Shown: positions 7,851 through 20,699, counted from the first letter of the stretch. The stretch: DNA of 64,000 nucleotides from Bacillota bacterium (GCA_023439545.1 JAEXNT010000031.1:25994-89993); one strand, 5' to 3'. The notes: generated from the letters alone by a model not told the origin. Numbers and translations are program-made.

Positions 7851-9185
7851 ATGCCGAGTTACACTAAGGAAGATGTCATAAGGATTGTAGACGAGCAGGA
7901 CGTGCAATTCATAAGGCTGCAGTTCACGGATATATTCGGTACCCTTAAGAATGTAGCGATCACCGCAGGCCAGCTTGAGAAGGCTCTTGACAATAAATGC
8001 ATGTTTGATGGTTCGTCCATAGAAGGCTTTGTCAGGATAGAGGAATCCGACATGTACTTAAGGCCTGATATCAATACCTTTGTGATATTCCCATGGAGAC
8101 CGCAGACCGGTAAAGTGGCAAGGATGATATGTGATGTATACAACCCTGACGGAACGCCTTTTGCTGGCGACCCGAGATACATACTCAGGAGGACGCTTGA
8201 AAAGGCTGAAAAGATGGGTTATGATACGTTCAATGTAGGACCCGAATGTGAATTCTTCCTGTTCCTCACCGATTCCGAGGGTAACCCGACAACAGTAACG
8301 CACGACAACGGCGGATATTTCGACCTGGGACCCGTGGACCTGGGAGAGAACGCGAGAAGGGATATGTGTCTGGCGCTCGAAGAAATGGGTTTCGAGGTGG
8401 AGGCTTCCCATCATGAGGTAGCGCCGGGACAGCACGAAATTGATTTTAAATATGCCGACGCATTGACTTCCGCAGACGCCATACTCACCTTCAAACTGGT
8501 CGTCAAGACCATCGCGCAGAGGCACGGCCTGCACGCGACATTCATGCCGAAACCGATATACGGTATCGCAGGCTCCGGAATGCATGCCAACACCTCACTG
8601 TTCAAAAAAGGCAAGAACATGTTCTACGACGAAAATGATCCGCTGCAGCTGAGCCAGGATGCCTATTGGTTCATCGGTGGACTCATGAAAAACATGCGCT
8701 CGATGTCGGCTCTGACAAATCCGCTCATAAACTCCTATAAGAGGCTTGTGGCCGGGTATGAGGCGCCGGTATATATCGCCTGGTCTGCCAGGAACAGAAG
8801 CCCGCTGATCAGAGTACCCGCAGCCCGCGGAACGGCAACGAGGCTCGAACTGAGATGCCCCGATCCCAGCTGCAATCCGTACCTTGCTCTGGCAGCCGTA
8901 CTGGCCGCAGGACTGGATGGTATCGAGCACAAGATCCAGCCGCCTGCGCCCTGTAACAAGAATATATTCCATATGACCGCCGAAGAGAGGGCCGCCGACA
9001 ATATAGGCGAACTGCCGGGCAGCCTTGACGAAGCGATAGCGGAAATGAAGAACAGCAGCTTTATCAAAGCGGTTCTGGGAGATCATATTTTCAGCAAGTA
9101 TATCGAAGCCAAGGAAGAGGAATGCAGCGAATACAAGATGAGAATCAGCAAGTGGGAGATCGACAGCTACCTTATGAAATATTAG
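7851..9185 (+). CDS. glnA: Glutamine synthetase, type I
   Basis: Start MPSYTKEDV lies after a GGAGGTG RBS. Full-length GS-I pattern ([36 protein letters not shown]). Confidence 0.95.
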   Translation: MPSYTKEDVIRIVDEQDVQFIRLQFTDIFGTLKNVAITAGQLEKALDNKCMFDGSSIEGFVRIEESDMYLRPDINTFVIFPWRPQTGKVARMICDVYNPDGTPFAGDPRYILRRTLEKAEKMGYDTFNVGPECEFFLFLTDSEGNPTTVTHDNGGYFDLGPVDLGENARRDMCLALEEMGFEVEASHHEVAPGQHEIDFKYADALTSADAILTFKLVVKTIAQRHGLHATFMPKPIYGIAGSGMHANTSLFKKGKNMFYDENDPLQLSQDAYWFIGGLMKNMRSMSALTNPLINSYKRLVAGYEAPVYIAWSARNRSPLIRVPAARGTATRLELRCPDPSCNPYLALAAVLAAGLDGIEHKIQPPAPCNKNIFHMTAEERAADNIGELPGSLDEAIAEMKNSSFIKAVLGDHIFSKYIEAKEEECSEYKMRISKWEIDSYLMKY

Positions 9186-9211
9186 TTCGCTGTGTATCTT
9201 GGAGAAAAGTT

Positions 9212-9418
9212 ATGGCTGATAAATATTGTCTGGGCGACATAGTTGAATTTAAAAAGGACCACCCATGCGGGAGCAAACAGTGGGAGGTAATGAGAACCGG
9301 CGCCGATTTCCGCGTCAAATGCCTTGGCTGCGGGCATCAGGTGATGCTGCCCCGTCCCAAATTCGAAAAAAGTGTAAAAAAGATAATAAAATCAAATCTT
9401 CCCAATCCGGAGGCTTGA
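9212..9418 (+). CDS. DUF951 family small protein
   Basis: 68 aa: GDIVEFKKDHPCGSKQWEVMRTGADFRVKCLGCGHQVMLPR, the typical DUF951 zinc-ribbon-like pattern. Confidence 0.75.
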   Translation: MADKYCLGDIVEFKKDHPCGSKQWEVMRTGADFRVKCLGCGHQVMLPRPKFEKSVKKIIKSNLPNPEA

Positions 9419-9439
9419 CGATTCGTCAGGCCTCTTTTT
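9410..9439 (+). terminator. Intrinsic terminator after glnA-DUF951
   Basis: GAGGCTTGAC-gattc-GTCAGGCCTC followed by TTTTT. Confidence 0.8.
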
Positions 9440-9571
9440 ATAAACCTCATTTTTCGTATGCTTTCCGGCAATGATGAAATAATAAACGTACAAGGATGTT
9501 TAGCGTTCTCGGAGCGAGAATTTCCACTAAAGCATCCACCAAGGAAATTACGAAAATATGAGGATGATAAG

Positions 9572-10795
9572 ATGTATAATGACAGGAAAGGTTTCGGAAA
9601 GATATTGATAACTTCACTGGCCTGCTCGCTGATAGTAGGCTTGCTCGTTTTCTTCGCAGCTCCGCGGTATATCTCGCTTAACGAACCTGCCGGCAACAGG
9701 CAAAACGGCAGCGCTGCTCAGCAGCTGCAGGCGCCTGGCGGGAAGACTGCTTCCGGCACGGATCAAGTTAAAGCTCAGCAGCAATCCTTAAGCGGAGGTT
9801 CCGTTCTGAATGAGCTTGGCCTTGTAACCCCCGTAAGTCAGCTGGTCGCTCAAAAAGCCACCTCCGGGGTTGTAGGGATAACGGTCGAAAGGATCACACA
9901 GGATGGCGTCTTCAATAAGGATAGAGCAACCGAGGTAGGAGTCGGCTCAGGAGTAATCGTAAGTCAGGACGGGTATATTCTGACCAACAACCATGTTGCA
10001 GGAGGTAAAAGCAACAGGATAACGGTATCGTTTGCGGACGGAAGAAATGTGGACGGGGAAGTGGTCTGGGCGGATCCCGTTATTGATCTTGCGGCTGTCA
10101 AAGTGAATCTTACAGGTCTTACGACCCTTACTCTTGGTGACGCAACCAAGCTCCAGGTCGGAGAGCCGGCCGTTGCGATCGGAAATCCCCTGGGCCTTGA
10201 GTTTCAGCGATCGGTGACTTCGGGCATCATAAGTGCATTGAATAGGACCATCAGTATTGATACGGACGCGGGTACCAACTACATGGAGGATCTGATACAG
10301 ACGGACGCCAGCATAAACCCGGGAAACAGCGGCGGGCCGCTGCTTAATTCCAAAGGGGAAGTGATCGGGATCAATACGGTAAAGGTCGAAAGCGCCGAAG
10401 GCATGGGCTTCGCTATCCCGATAAATATTGCGAAACCGATCGTTTCAAAACTTACAGGTTCGGGGAAATTTGCAGAGCCCTATCTCGGGGTGTTCGCATA
10501 TGACCGTGTGGTATTCCCTTATATAGACGGAGCGCCCGACGTTCCGGACGGCGTATTTATCTCGAAAGTCGACAATGGCGGTCCCGCTTACCGTGCAGGA
10601 ATACGGCAGGGCTGCGTAATAAGCCAGATAGACGGCATAACGATCAATACGATGCTGCAGCTTAGAGAGTATCTTTATTCCAAAAGCCCCGGCGACACGA
10701 TCCGGCTGAGGCATCTGAAAAGAGATACAAACAAATGGGAAGATGCAACTGTCGTGCTTGCTGAAAAATCCAAGGATGGTATGATTACAAGATAA
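9572..10795 (+). CDS. htrA: HtrA/DegP-family serine protease with PDZ domain, membrane anchored
   Basis: Start MYNDRKGF after a GAGGA RBS. N-terminal TM helix, catalytic TNNHV, GNSGGPL, and a C-terminal PDZ domain. Confidence 0.9.
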   Translation: MYNDRKGFGKILITSLACSLIVGLLVFFAAPRYISLNEPAGNRQNGSAAQQLQAPGGKTASGTDQVKAQQQSLSGGSVLNELGLVTPVSQLVAQKATSGVVGITVERITQDGVFNKDRATEVGVGSGVIVSQDGYILTNNHVAGGKSNRITVSFADGRNVDGEVVWADPVIDLAAVKVNLTGLTTLTLGDATKLQVGEPAVAIGNPLGLEFQRSVTSGIISALNRTISIDTDAGTNYMEDLIQTDASINPGNSGGPLLNSKGEVIGINTVKVESAEGMGFAIPINIAKPIVSKLTGSGKFAEPYLGVFAYDRVVFPYIDGAPDVPDGVFISKVDNGGPAYRAGIRQGCVISQIDGITINTMLQLREYLYSKSPGDTIRLRHLKRDTNKWEDATVVLAEKSKDGMITR

Positions 10796-10916
10796 TTGTG
10801 GAAAATGAGGCACAGTATGTATATGCTGCATATGGTTCTGGCAACACTCTGGTATAGGGTCCGTTTGCTGACGGAACGGTTTCATGATAAACAAACGATA
10901 TGCGGGAGATGTACCG

Positions 10917-11204
10917 ATGGCTGATATAATGAAAAACAGCTTGAATTTTGAAAAAATGATGAGAATTTACCTCAGGCAGGCCAGGCTAAAGCTGGAAGGT
11001 GATCTGACGGGGACAAGGGAAGCGATACGCCTGATAGCGGGCGAAAAGACCAGAGATTTTGTCGAAGTAATGGATATCGGCCTTGGCAGGGAGGAAAGGG
11101 AGTTCCTGAAAATGTTGATCATAACCAGCATGCACCAGTCCTTTTGTTATGGATATGGTATCGGTAAAATAGAAGGAAGTACTAAAGATAGAATATACAT
11201 GTAA
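10917..11204 (+). CDS. Hypothetical protein
   Basis: 95-aa ORF with a GGGAGA RBS 7 nt upstream. No recognisable motif. Confidence 0.4.
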   Translation: MADIMKNSLNFEKMMRIYLRQARLKLEGDLTGTREAIRLIAGEKTRDFVEVMDIGLGREEREFLKMLIITSMHQSFCYGYGIGKIEGSTKDRIYM

Positions 11205-11278
11205 GGTTATGTAAATTTTAAGCGCAAGAAAGCATAAAAAAGGACTACTTAACAAAGTAATATAAGTGAAAAATTTCC

Positions 11279-11307
11279 TTGACACTGCCTGAGCATGCTG
11301 ATAGAAT
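11279..11307 (+). promoter_or_regulatory. Promoter of the ilv-leu operon
   Basis: -35 TTGACA (11279-11284), 17-nt spacer, -10 TAGAAT (11302-11307). Confidence 0.75.
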
Positions 11308-11327
11308 ATAATACAATTAATTTAAAG

Positions 11328-11590
11328 GCAGCGCAATGAAGGAAAGAAGACAGGTCCCGGGTTCTCAAGAGAGCCGGTGTTCGGTGCGAACCGGTGACAG
11401 GGATCTGTGGATAACTCGTTCCGGAGCTTCACTATTGCGATACGAATAATTGCAGTAATGACGTTGACTACGTTACAGTCAAGTACAAAAGTACTTGCCG
11501 AGGATAAGCTAAAGCTTGTCGAATCAGGGTGGTACCACGTTGGAAGTTTCCCTTCGTCCCTGCAGTAATGCAGTTGGCGAGGGGTTTTTT
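11328..11590 (+). promoter_or_regulatory. T-box riboswitch leader, probable Leu (CUC) specifier
   Basis: Stem I elements are ATGAAGGAAAGAAGA (K-turn region) and AGAGAG...GGTGCGAA. The specifier loop is GGATAA-CUC-G (CUC at 11415-11417). The T-box sequence is AATCAGGGTGGTACCACG (11522-11539). A terminator at 11549-11584 is followed by T6. Confidence 0.85.
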
Positions 11591-11613
11591 ATACCTGGGG
11601 GAGGGGAGAAATT

Positions 11614-13242
11614 ATGAAGATCACCGGAGCCGAAGCAATAATCAAAGCGCTTGAAATGGAACACACGGAAGTCGTGTTCGGTTATCCCGGCGCCGCGATC
11701 TCTCCGTTTTACGACGCGCTGCTGGGGAGTACCATCCGTCACATACTTACGAGACACGAACAGGGAGCTGCGCATGCCGCAAACGGATATGCGCGCGTAA
11801 CAGGGCGTACAGGGGTTTGCGTAGCTACTTCGGGACCCGGCGCAACGAATCTGATCACGGGCATAGCAAATGCATATATGGACAGCATACCGATCATAGC
11901 CATTACCGGGCAGGTCTCAGTCGGCATGATAGGCACGGATGCATTCCAGGAAGCCGATATCACAGGGGCGACCGCCCCGTTCAGCAAACACAATTATCTT
12001 GTCAAAAGGGCTGAGGACCTTCCGAGGATCATACATGAAGCCTTCCATATTGCGTCGACGGGTCGGCCGGGGCCGGTAGTTATAGATGTGCCTGTCGATG
12101 TTCAGACAAGCGTTATTGAGTTCAGATATCCCGATACGATTGATATAAAGGGTTACAAGCCTACCTGCAAAGGACACCCGATGCAGGTCAGAAAGGCCGC
12201 GGCAGCGTTGGAAGAGGCCGAGCGCCCTGTCATATGCGCCGGAGGGGGAGTCATTACTGCGAATGCTTCCGAAGAACTGTGCGAACTTGCAGAAAGGCGT
12301 AATATACCTGTTACGACGACTTTAATGGGGATTGGCTCCATACCTTCGGATCATCACTTACATTTCGGCATGGTAGGGACACATGGCAGCCAGACGGCCA
12401 ATTATGCGCTGCATCACGCGGATCTCGTCCTGTTCCTTGGCGCAAGAGTCGGTGACCGAGCTGTGGGAGCAGCCAGCTTGCTCGCAAACAAGGCAAGGAT
12501 CATCCATATAGATATAGATCCTGCGGAAATCGGAAAAAATATCGACACGTCGATACCTTTGGTGGGCGACGTAAGGCTGATATTGCAGGACATACTCGCA
12601 CTTGTGAAACCGGGCGGCAGGAAGGAATGGGCAGATACCATGGCCGAACAGAAACGGAAGAGGTCGAAGCTTCCCGGACCCGGCGCGGATTCATCCTTTG
12701 TAAGCCCCAAATACCTGCTTTCGACATTGTCCGGATATCTGCCCGGGAATGCCGTATTGGCTACCGAAGTGGGACAGAACCAGATCTGGACCGCAAATAA
12801 TTATGGCTTCAGCAGACCCAAAACCTTCATATCGTCCGGCGGACTCGGTACGATGGGTTACGGCCTGCCGGCCGCGATAGGCGCCAAGCTTGGAAGACCC
12901 GAGCTGCCGGTTATAGTCATAAGCGGCGACGGCAGCTTTCAGATGTCCATGCAGGAACTCGGGACAATGAAACAATATGATATAGACGTGAAAATAATTC
13001 TTTTCAACAACTGTCGTCTGGGCATGGTGCGCGAGCTTCAATTCTCCAAGCATGGAGGCCGCTATTCGCAGGTATGCCTGGACAGCAATCCGGATTTTGT
13101 CAGGCTGGTATCGGCATATGGCTTAAAAGGCGAGAGGATCACTTGCGACGCCATGGTAAAGCCGGCTCTCGAACGGTTGGCCTCATCGGAGGGGCCTTAC
13201 CTGCTCGAATGCTCTGTGGATCCCATGGAAGCTTCGCTGTAA
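11614..13242 (+). CDS. ilvB: Acetolactate synthase large subunit
   Basis: Thiamine-diphosphate enzyme pattern (GYPGAAI, GDGSFQM, NN...LGMV); 542 aa. Confidence 0.95.
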   Translation: MKITGAEAIIKALEMEHTEVVFGYPGAAISPFYDALLGSTIRHILTRHEQGAAHAANGYARVTGRTGVCVATSGPGATNLITGIANAYMDSIPIIAITGQVSVGMIGTDAFQEADITGATAPFSKHNYLVKRAEDLPRIIHEAFHIASTGRPGPVVIDVPVDVQTSVIEFRYPDTIDIKGYKPTCKGHPMQVRKAAAALEEAERPVICAGGGVITANASEELCELAERRNIPVTTTLMGIGSIPSDHHLHFGMVGTHGSQTANYALHHADLVLFLGARVGDRAVGAASLLANKARIIHIDIDPAEIGKNIDTSIPLVGDVRLILQDILALVKPGGRKEWADTMAEQKRKRSKLPGPGADSSFVSPKYLLSTLSGYLPGNAVLATEVGQNQIWTANNYGFSRPKTFISSGGLGTMGYGLPAAIGAKLGRPELPVIVISGDGSFQMSMQELGTMKQYDIDVKIILFNNCRLGMVRELQFSKHGGRYSQVCLDSNPDFVRLVSAYGLKGERITCDAMVKPALERLASSEGPYLLECSVDPMEASL

Positions 13243-13291
13243 CCGACGGATATGAGTTCAGTATTAAGTAATAAGGAAGGGGTTGGGGGAT

Positions 13292-14804
<1,513 letters not shown>

Positions 14805-14900
14805 ATAGAGAGAGGCGGGGGGCTTACCGCCGGATACTTATATATATGAGGGATAGCCGGCTTTCTTTAAGCCGGCGCAGGTATAGAAGGAGGTAATCGC

Positions 14901-16445
14901 ATGGCATCGAGGGTAAAGATATTTGATACTACACTGAGGGATGGGGAGCAAACCCCGGGAGTCAGTCTGAATATACAGGAAAAACTCGAGATCGCGCGTC
15001 AGCTGGCACGGCTGGGCGTAGACGTCATCGAGGCAGGTTTTGCCATATCGTCCCCCGGTGATTTTCTGGCAGTAAAGACTGTTGCCGAGAATGTAAAGGG
15101 AGCGACGATTGCAAGTCTCAGCAGGGCTGTCGAAAAGGATATAGACAGGGCCTGGGAAGCAGTATGCAACGCGGAGAGCCCGCGGATACACACATTTATC
15201 GCCACGTCGGACATTCATATGAAATACAAGCTGAAAATGACTGAGGAAGAGGTGCTTCAAAGGGCTGTCGCAATGGTGAAGCATGCAAAGAAGTACTGCG
15301 GTGACGTCGAGTTTTCAGCGGAGGACGCAAGCCGCACGAGAACTGAATTTTTGTACAGGGTCGTCGAAGAGGTCATCAAGGCGGGAGCTACTGTCGTCAA
15401 TATACCTGATACGGTAGGCTACGCCTATCCGGAAGAATTCGGGCTCCTGATAAAGGGGATCAGGGAAAATGTGCCGAATATCGATAAGGCAGAAATAAGC
15501 GTTCATTGTCATAACGATCTCGGCCTTGCAGTCGCCAACTCTCTCGAGGCGCTCAGAAACGGAGCGATTCAGCTGGAATGTACCGTTAACGGCATGGGAG
15601 AGCGTGCCGGCAATGCCTCGGTCGAAGAGATCATAATGGGCCTCCAGACCAGGAAGGATTTTTACGGCGAACTGGCACACAACATAGATACCAGGCAGAT
15701 ATACAGGACCAGCAAGCTGGTAAGCAGTCTGACCGGCGTGAATGTGCAGCCGAACAAGGCGATAGTGGGGGCGAATGCTTTTGCCCATGAATCCGGCATC
15801 CATCAGCATGGCGTAATGGCTGAAAAAAGCACCTATGAGATAATGACGCCTGAATCCATCGGACTTTCCCAGAATAGGATGGTGCTCGGCAAGCTTTCCG
15901 GGAAGCACGCTTTCGAGGAGAGGCTTAGGGAGATGGGCTACAACCTTGATCCAGACACTGTGACTACGGCATTTGAAAAATTCAAGGAACTTGCCGATAA
16001 AAAGAAGGAAGTACTCGACAGGGATATCGAGGCGCTCGTTGAGGATAAGATGTCCGAAGTCAACGAGGTTTACAAGCTTGACAGCTTCCAGATCAACAGC
16101 GGTAATAAGATAATCGCCACTGCGACCGTAAGCCTCCTGAGAAACGGGGAACCCGTGATGGAAGCGGCAACAGGCGATGGACCTGTAAACGCGGCATTCA
16201 AAGCCGTTGAGAGGACTGTAGGGTTTGAACTGGAGTTGCAGGATTACAGCCTCAAAGGTGTTACCGAGGGTACCGATGCTCTTGGCGAAGCCACTGTAAG
16301 AGTAATAAAGGACGACAGGATATATGTCGGAAGAGGCGTTAGCACAGACGTCATCGAAGCAAGTGTAAAGGCCTATATCAACGCTATAAACAGGGTAGTC
16401 AGCGATCACGGCAGGAAAGCTTCGAACGGGAAGGAGACCATATGA
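14901..16445 (+). CDS. leuA: 2-isopropylmalate synthase
   Basis: [18 protein letters not shown], and a C-terminal LeuA dimerisation/regulatory domain. Confidence 0.9.
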   Translation: MASRVKIFDTTLRDGEQTPGVSLNIQEKLEIARQLARLGVDVIEAGFAISSPGDFLAVKTVAENVKGATIASLSRAVEKDIDRAWEAVCNAESPRIHTFIATSDIHMKYKLKMTEEEVLQRAVAMVKHAKKYCGDVEFSAEDASRTRTEFLYRVVEEVIKAGATVVNIPDTVGYAYPEEFGLLIKGIRENVPNIDKAEISVHCHNDLGLAVANSLEALRNGAIQLECTVNGMGERAGNASVEEIIMGLQTRKDFYGELAHNIDTRQIYRTSKLVSSLTGVNVQPNKAIVGANAFAHESGIHQHGVMAEKSTYEIMTPESIGLSQNRMVLGKLSGKHAFEERLREMGYNLDPDTVTTAFEKFKELADKKKEVLDRDIEALVEDKMSEVNEVYKLDSFQINSGNKIIATATVSLLRNGEPVMEAATGDGPVNAAFKAVERTVGFELELQDYSLKGVTEGTDALGEATVRVIKDDRIYVGRGVSTDVIEASVKAYINAINRVVSDHGRKASNGKETI

Positions 16446-18001
16446 AGAAGATCGTCGTACTCGATTCCACTTTAAGGGACGGCGCCCAGGCACAGGGCAT
16501 CTCCTATACTGTGGAGGATAAGCTGAAGATCGTAAAGCGGCTCGATTCACTGGGAGTGGACTACATCGAAGCCGGGAACCCCGGCTCGAATCCCAAGGAT
16601 CTTGAGTTCTTTGAGAGAGTCAGGAAAATGAAACTCGTGAATTCAAGGATTATCGCCTTCGGCAGTACAAGAAGGGTGGGACTTCCGGTCGGGGACGACG
16701 CCAATGTAAAGTCACTCCTGGCTGCCGGTACCGAGGCCGTGGTCATTTTCGGCAAGTCATGGGATTTTCAGGTTACTGACATCCTGAAAACCAGCCTTGA
16801 CGAGAACCTGAGGATGATCTTCGATACGGTGAAATTCTTCAAGGACAATGGAAAAGAAGTCGTATACGATGCGGAACACTTTTTCGACGGTTACGGCTCA
16901 AATAAGGAATATGCCGTAAAAACTCTAAAGGCGGCGGCTGAAGCTGGCGCCGACAGTATTTGCCTGTGCGATACGAAGGGCGGTTACCTGCCCATGGATA
17001 TTTTTAATATTACGGCTGAGATGACGGCACAATTCGATGTGTATATTGGAATACACAGCCATAATGACAACGGGATGGCCGTGGCCGGCACTATCATGGC
17101 TGTACAGGCCGGCGCTACTCAGGTGCAGGGAACAATAAACGGCTTCGGCGAGAGATGCGGTAACGCAAATCTCTGCACCATTATCCCGACGTTACAGCTT
17201 AAAATGGGCTACAAATGCATACCTGAAGAGAATATGGCAGAAATGACTTCTGTTGCGCGCGCCGTCAGTGAAATAGCAAACGTAGTACACGACGAGAGGG
17301 CGCCTTACGTGGGAAGGGCGGCATTTGCGCACAAGGCCGGCATGCATGCCGACGCAGTCGTAAAAAATACGGCGGCGTATGAGATATTCGATCCCGAGAT
17401 GGTAGGCAATGAAAGGATATTCCTGATGTCCGAGGTAGCGGGACGCAGCGCGGTCCTGAGCGCCGTGAACAAGGTAGATCCGAACCTCAGGAAGGATTCT
17501 CCCGAGACCGTAAAAATAATTGAAAAGCTGAAGGAAATGGAGCATAACGGATACCAGTACGAAGGAGCCGAAAGCTCTTTCGAGCTGATAGTCAGAAAAG
17601 TGCTGGGCAAGTATCATCCTTCCTTTGAACTGAAGGATTTCAAGGTCATAGTGAACGAACCGGCCAAGGGAAACGAATACAATTCCTCGGCTATGATAAA
17701 GGTCAAGGTCGGCGATCAGGAGGAGATAACCGCCGCGGAGGGCGACGGACCTGTAAACGCGCTCGATAATGCAGCAAGAAAGGCGCTTTCGAGATTTTAC
17801 CCAAGTATACATGAAATGAAACTGACGGACTTCAAGGTTAGGGTACTCGATTCAACGGCAGCTACAGCCGCAAGGGTAAGAGTTCTTATAGAATCTACGG
17901 ATGGAAATGAGGTCTGGACCACGATCGGAGTTTCCACCGACATTATTGAAGCCAGCTGGAAGGCGCTTGTGGATTCAATCGAATACAAGCTCGGCTGCTG
18001 A
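16442..18001 (+). CDS. cimA: Citramalate synthase-like LeuA-family enzyme
   Basis: ATGA overlap with leu[19 protein letters not shown]; 519-aa long form typical of the CimA-type branch. The family is confident; the substrate is inferred. Confidence 0.65.
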   Translation: MKKIVVLDSTLRDGAQAQGISYTVEDKLKIVKRLDSLGVDYIEAGNPGSNPKDLEFFERVRKMKLVNSRIIAFGSTRRVGLPVGDDANVKSLLAAGTEAVVIFGKSWDFQVTDILKTSLDENLRMIFDTVKFFKDNGKEVVYDAEHFFDGYGSNKEYAVKTLKAAAEAGADSICLCDTKGGYLPMDIFNITAEMTAQFDVYIGIHSHNDNGMAVAGTIMAVQAGATQVQGTINGFGERCGNANLCTIIPTLQLKMGYKCIPEENMAEMTSVARAVSEIANVVHDERAPYVGRAAFAHKAGMHADAVVKNTAAYEIFDPEMVGNERIFLMSEVAGRSAVLSAVNKVDPNLRKDSPETVKIIEKLKEMEHNGYQYEGAESSFELIVRKVLGKYHPSFELKDFKVIVNEPAKGNEYNSSAMIKVKVGDQEEITAAEGDGPVNALDNAARKALSRFYPSIHEMKLTDFKVRVLDSTAATAARVRVLIESTDGNEVWTTIGVSTDIIEASWKALVDSIEYKLGC

Positions 18002-18073
18002 TACCCGTTGCAATCCGGTACGCTTTTATGGTACAGTAATCTTGCCTGTCACCAAACGAAAGGTGGTATCGGA

Positions 18074-18349
18074 TTGACATTAAACGGCAAGCTCTTAATA
18101 GAAGGAAGGCTGGTCAGGGAAGCTTCGGCAGAGGATAACGAGGAGGCTCACAGCTTCAGGGACAAACTGGAGAAGTGTCTCATCGACCTGTGCGCCGTCA
18201 TGGAGATTCCCGTTCCGCTTTGGCTTAAAAAGAACACGCGCGAACTCGCCATCTTCAGAAAGACATTTTTTACTTCGGAACAATTCATAGAAAAAGTCTG
18301 GTTTGACAAATTTGAAATACTACTGCTCGGGAGCGAATTGAGAAAATAA
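18074..18349 (+). CDS. Hypothetical protein
   Basis: In-frame TTG lies 7 nt after AAGGTGG. 91 aa, no motif recognised. The ORF-track start at 18008 lacks an RBS. Confidence 0.4.
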   Translation: MTLNGKLLIEGRLVREASAEDNEEAHSFRDKLEKCLIDLCAVMEIPVPLWLKKNTRELAIFRKTFFTSEQFIEKVWFDKFEILLLGSELRK

Positions 18350-18530
18350 TCCGGTTTTTTTGCTGTCTTTCAAATATTTTTGCGCGGCTTCCTGCTCAGC
18401 AAGCCCCTTGAGTTCGGTCAGCTGGCTGGCCTGCCGGAGTTCTCGCCCAAATAACCCATTGGCGACATGTTGTAGTAAATTAGGACATTTGCAGGATTTA
18501 CTTTTGTTCCCTGCATAACTTAAAAATCTA

Positions 18531-18559
18531 TTGCATTACTAAAGCTCATGTGCTAAAAT
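18531..18559 (+). promoter_or_regulatory. Strong promoter upstream of the asnA leader
   Basis: -35 TTGCAT (18531-18536), 17-nt spacer ending in TGc, -10 TAAAAT (18554-18559). Confidence 0.6.
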
Positions 18560-18611
18560 TAAAACAGTATAATTTAGAACATGTATACAGCGGTGTATAC
18601 GAAAATAGCCG

Positions 18612-18665
18612 ATAGGCATACTCGACGATGAGGATATATTTTCGAGGTATGCCTATTTATTTTTG
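18612..18665 (+). terminator. Intrinsic terminator inside the asnA leader (attenuator or end of a small RNA)
   Basis: 14-bp stem ATAGGCATAC(-)TCGA / TCGAGGTATGCCTAT followed by TTATTTTTG. Confidence 0.75.
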
Positions 18666-18753
18666 AAATTTTGACAACAACAAGCTGCATAATGCGTTAC
18701 AAGATAGCCTTATGTAAATATATTTGGTACTGCTATAAAAGAGGTGAAAAATC

Positions 18754-19767
18754 ATGAAAGAAAAATTGGTTTTACCTTCTGATTATCAAACCTGCCTCGA
18801 CATAATGGAAACTGAGGAGGCGATAAAGCTTCTGAAAGACTTCTTTGAAAACAACCTGTCGAAAGCGTTGAACCTGAGACGGGTTTCTGCGCCTTTATTC
18901 GTGAAACCCGAGACGGGCCTCAACGATAACCTGAACGGCGTAGAAAGGCCTGTAGCTTTTGACGTCAAAGGTTTTAACGGAGATACTGTCGAGGTTGTGC
19001 AATCCCTTGCCAAATGGAAACGTATGGCGCTGAAACGCTACGGTTTCAGGGTTGGAAGAGGGCTGTGCACCGATATGTACGCCATCCGCAGGGATGAAGA
19101 GCTGGATAACCTGAGCTCCGTCTATGTCGATCAATGGGACTGGGAAAAGGTCATCAGAAAAGAGAATAGAAATACCGAAACATTATTGAAAACGGTATCA
19201 AGCATATATGATGTCTTCAAAAGGGCAGAGAGCTATATCTGCAGCGTTTATCCCAAGCTTGCAAAAATGCTCCCGGAAAGGATATTTATCATTACCTCAC
19301 AGGAGCTTGAAGACCTGTATCCGGAGCTTACGCCAAAACAGAGGGAAGAAGCGATCACAAGGGAAAAGAAGGCTGTATTCCTGATGAAGATAGGAGGGCC
19401 GCTCAAATCTGGAATCAAGCATGATGAACGGGCTCCCGACTACGATGATTGGGAATTGAACGGAGACATAATCTTTTGGTATCCCGTATTGAATAAGCCA
19501 TTTGAGATATCCTCCATGGGCATCAGGGTGGATGAGTTTTCTCTCGTAAAGCAGCTGAAAATAGCAGGCTGCGAGGAACGCTTGAATATGAAATTCCACA
19601 GGGACCTGATCGAGGGCAAACTGCCGTATACCATAGGCGGTGGGATCGGCCAGTCCAGATTGTTCATGTTTCTGCTCAACAAGGCTCATATCGGCGAGGT
19701 ACAGGCTTCGGTATGGCCGGAGGACGTCGTGGAAGCCTGCGCGGACGCTAATATTGCGATACTTTGA
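18754..19767 (+). CDS. asnA: Aspartate-ammonia ligase (asparagine synthetase A)
   Basis: VYVDQWDWEKV, RAPDYDDW, GGGIGQSRL; collinear with E. coli AsnA. Confidence 0.95.
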   Translation: MKEKLVLPSDYQTCLDIMETEEAIKLLKDFFENNLSKALNLRRVSAPLFVKPETGLNDNLNGVERPVAFDVKGFNGDTVEVVQSLAKWKRMALKRYGFRVGRGLCTDMYAIRRDEELDNLSSVYVDQWDWEKVIRKENRNTETLLKTVSSIYDVFKRAESYICSVYPKLAKMLPERIFIITSQELEDLYPELTPKQREEAITREKKAVFLMKIGGPLKSGIKHDERAPDYDDWELNGDIIFWYPVLNKPFEISSMGIRVDEFSLVKQLKIAGCEERLNMKFHRDLIEGKLPYTIGGGIGQSRLFMFLLNKAHIGEVQASVWPEDVVEACADANIAIL

Positions 19768-19863
19768 AATTTTCCGGTGCATTATGGATCGGGTGCAAGT
19801 TTTTTATTTGGAAGGTATTAACGTATTAGAAGCTGCCAAAGCGCATATAAATAAAATTAGACT

Positions 19864-19892
19864 AAATGCATAATAAACATTATGCATTTTTT
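19864..19892 (+). terminator. Intrinsic terminator after asnA
   Basis: AAATGCATAAT-aaac-ATTATGCATTT followed by a T run. Confidence 0.8.
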
Positions 19893-19991
19893 AATTTGGA
19901 ATATGGCGAAGCCTTGTTCAAAAATCAATGGCGCTCGATGCACCGGTGATTTTTAATTAATTACGTTTGCTTATTTTGCGGAGGTGTAGTT

Positions 19992-20693
19992 TTGGGCAGG
20001 TACAGGCTTGCTGCAATATATATTCTGGCAATACTATTTGTGCTGTCGGTGACGCAGATTTTTATCGATGCACAGGCCGAAGCTTCACAGCATGCCGGTG
20101 TCCATGAGGAAAAAAGGGAGTATACGGTATTTATCGAAATAGAGGATAAAACTTTATATCTGCTGGAAAACGGCAAATGCATAAAGGAATACAGGATAGC
20201 ATCCGGAATGTCCGGACTGCCGTCGCCTCTGGGCAACTGGAAGATAATCGAGAAAGGCGATTGGGGCGAGGGCTTTGGAGGTAGGTGGATGGGGCTTGAC
20301 GTACCCTGGGGCACATACGGTATCCACGGTACGCTTGCCGACGGTTCGATCGGCTCGGCAGCCAGCCACGGCTGCATACGGATGTTCAGCGAAGACGTGG
20401 CCGAGCTCTACAGCCTTGTGCCGGTAGGAACGGATGTTGTCATTGTTAACGGGCAGTTCGGACCTTTCGGCAGGGGCTTTTCCGAGATCAACCCTGGTGA
20501 CAGGGGCTCGGATGTTTATGCCATACAGCAGAGACTCAAACAGCTGGGATTTTATAACGGTCCGATCGATGGAATATATGAGGATGACCTGAAAAAGGCG
20601 CTGCACAAATTCCAGAGAGCCAACAAGCTTGAAGCGCAGAATACGATCACATATGAATGCTGGCTGAAGATGGATTTCAAGGAGTTTGAGTAA
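19992..20693 (+). CDS. L,D-transpeptidase (YkuD domain) with C-terminal peptidoglycan-binding domain
   Basis: TTG start after GGAGGTG. Signal/anchor helix, active site SHGCIRM, and a PG_binding_1-like C-terminus (VYAIQQRLKQLGFY). Confidence 0.85.
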   Translation: MGRYRLAAIYILAILFVLSVTQIFIDAQAEASQHAGVHEEKREYTVFIEIEDKTLYLLENGKCIKEYRIASGMSGLPSPLGNWKIIEKGDWGEGFGGRWMGLDVPWGTYGIHGTLADGSIGSAASHGCIRMFSEDVAELYSLVPVGTDVVIVNGQFGPFGRGFSEINPGDRGSDVYAIQQRLKQLGFYNGPIDGIYEDDLKKALHKFQRANKLEAQNTITYECWLKMDFKEFE

Positions 20694-20699
20694 GGCTCG

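Noticed and set aside
14805-14900. Two GC-rich hairpins between ilvC and leuA (GGCGG...CCGCC and GCCGGCTT-tcttt-AAGCCGGC) as an internal terminator.
   Set aside because: No T tract follows on either strand. They are more likely mRNA processing or stability elements within the operon.
18095-18540. Minus-strand frame open for about 150 codons (…ELRQASQLTELKGLAEQEAAQKYLKDSKK…) across the GC-rich patch at 18380-18460 and antisense to the 18074-18349 gene.
   Set aside because: No start codon or RBS in the upstream part. The lower half is antisense to a plus-strand ORF that has a good RBS. It could be a decayed gene remnant, but I cannot support that from sequence alone.
19784-19873. 29-aa mini-ORF (MDRVQVFYLEGINVLEAAKAHINKIRLNA) between asnA and its terminator.
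   Set aside because: No RBS, and its stop lies inside the terminator stem. It is probably fortuitous.
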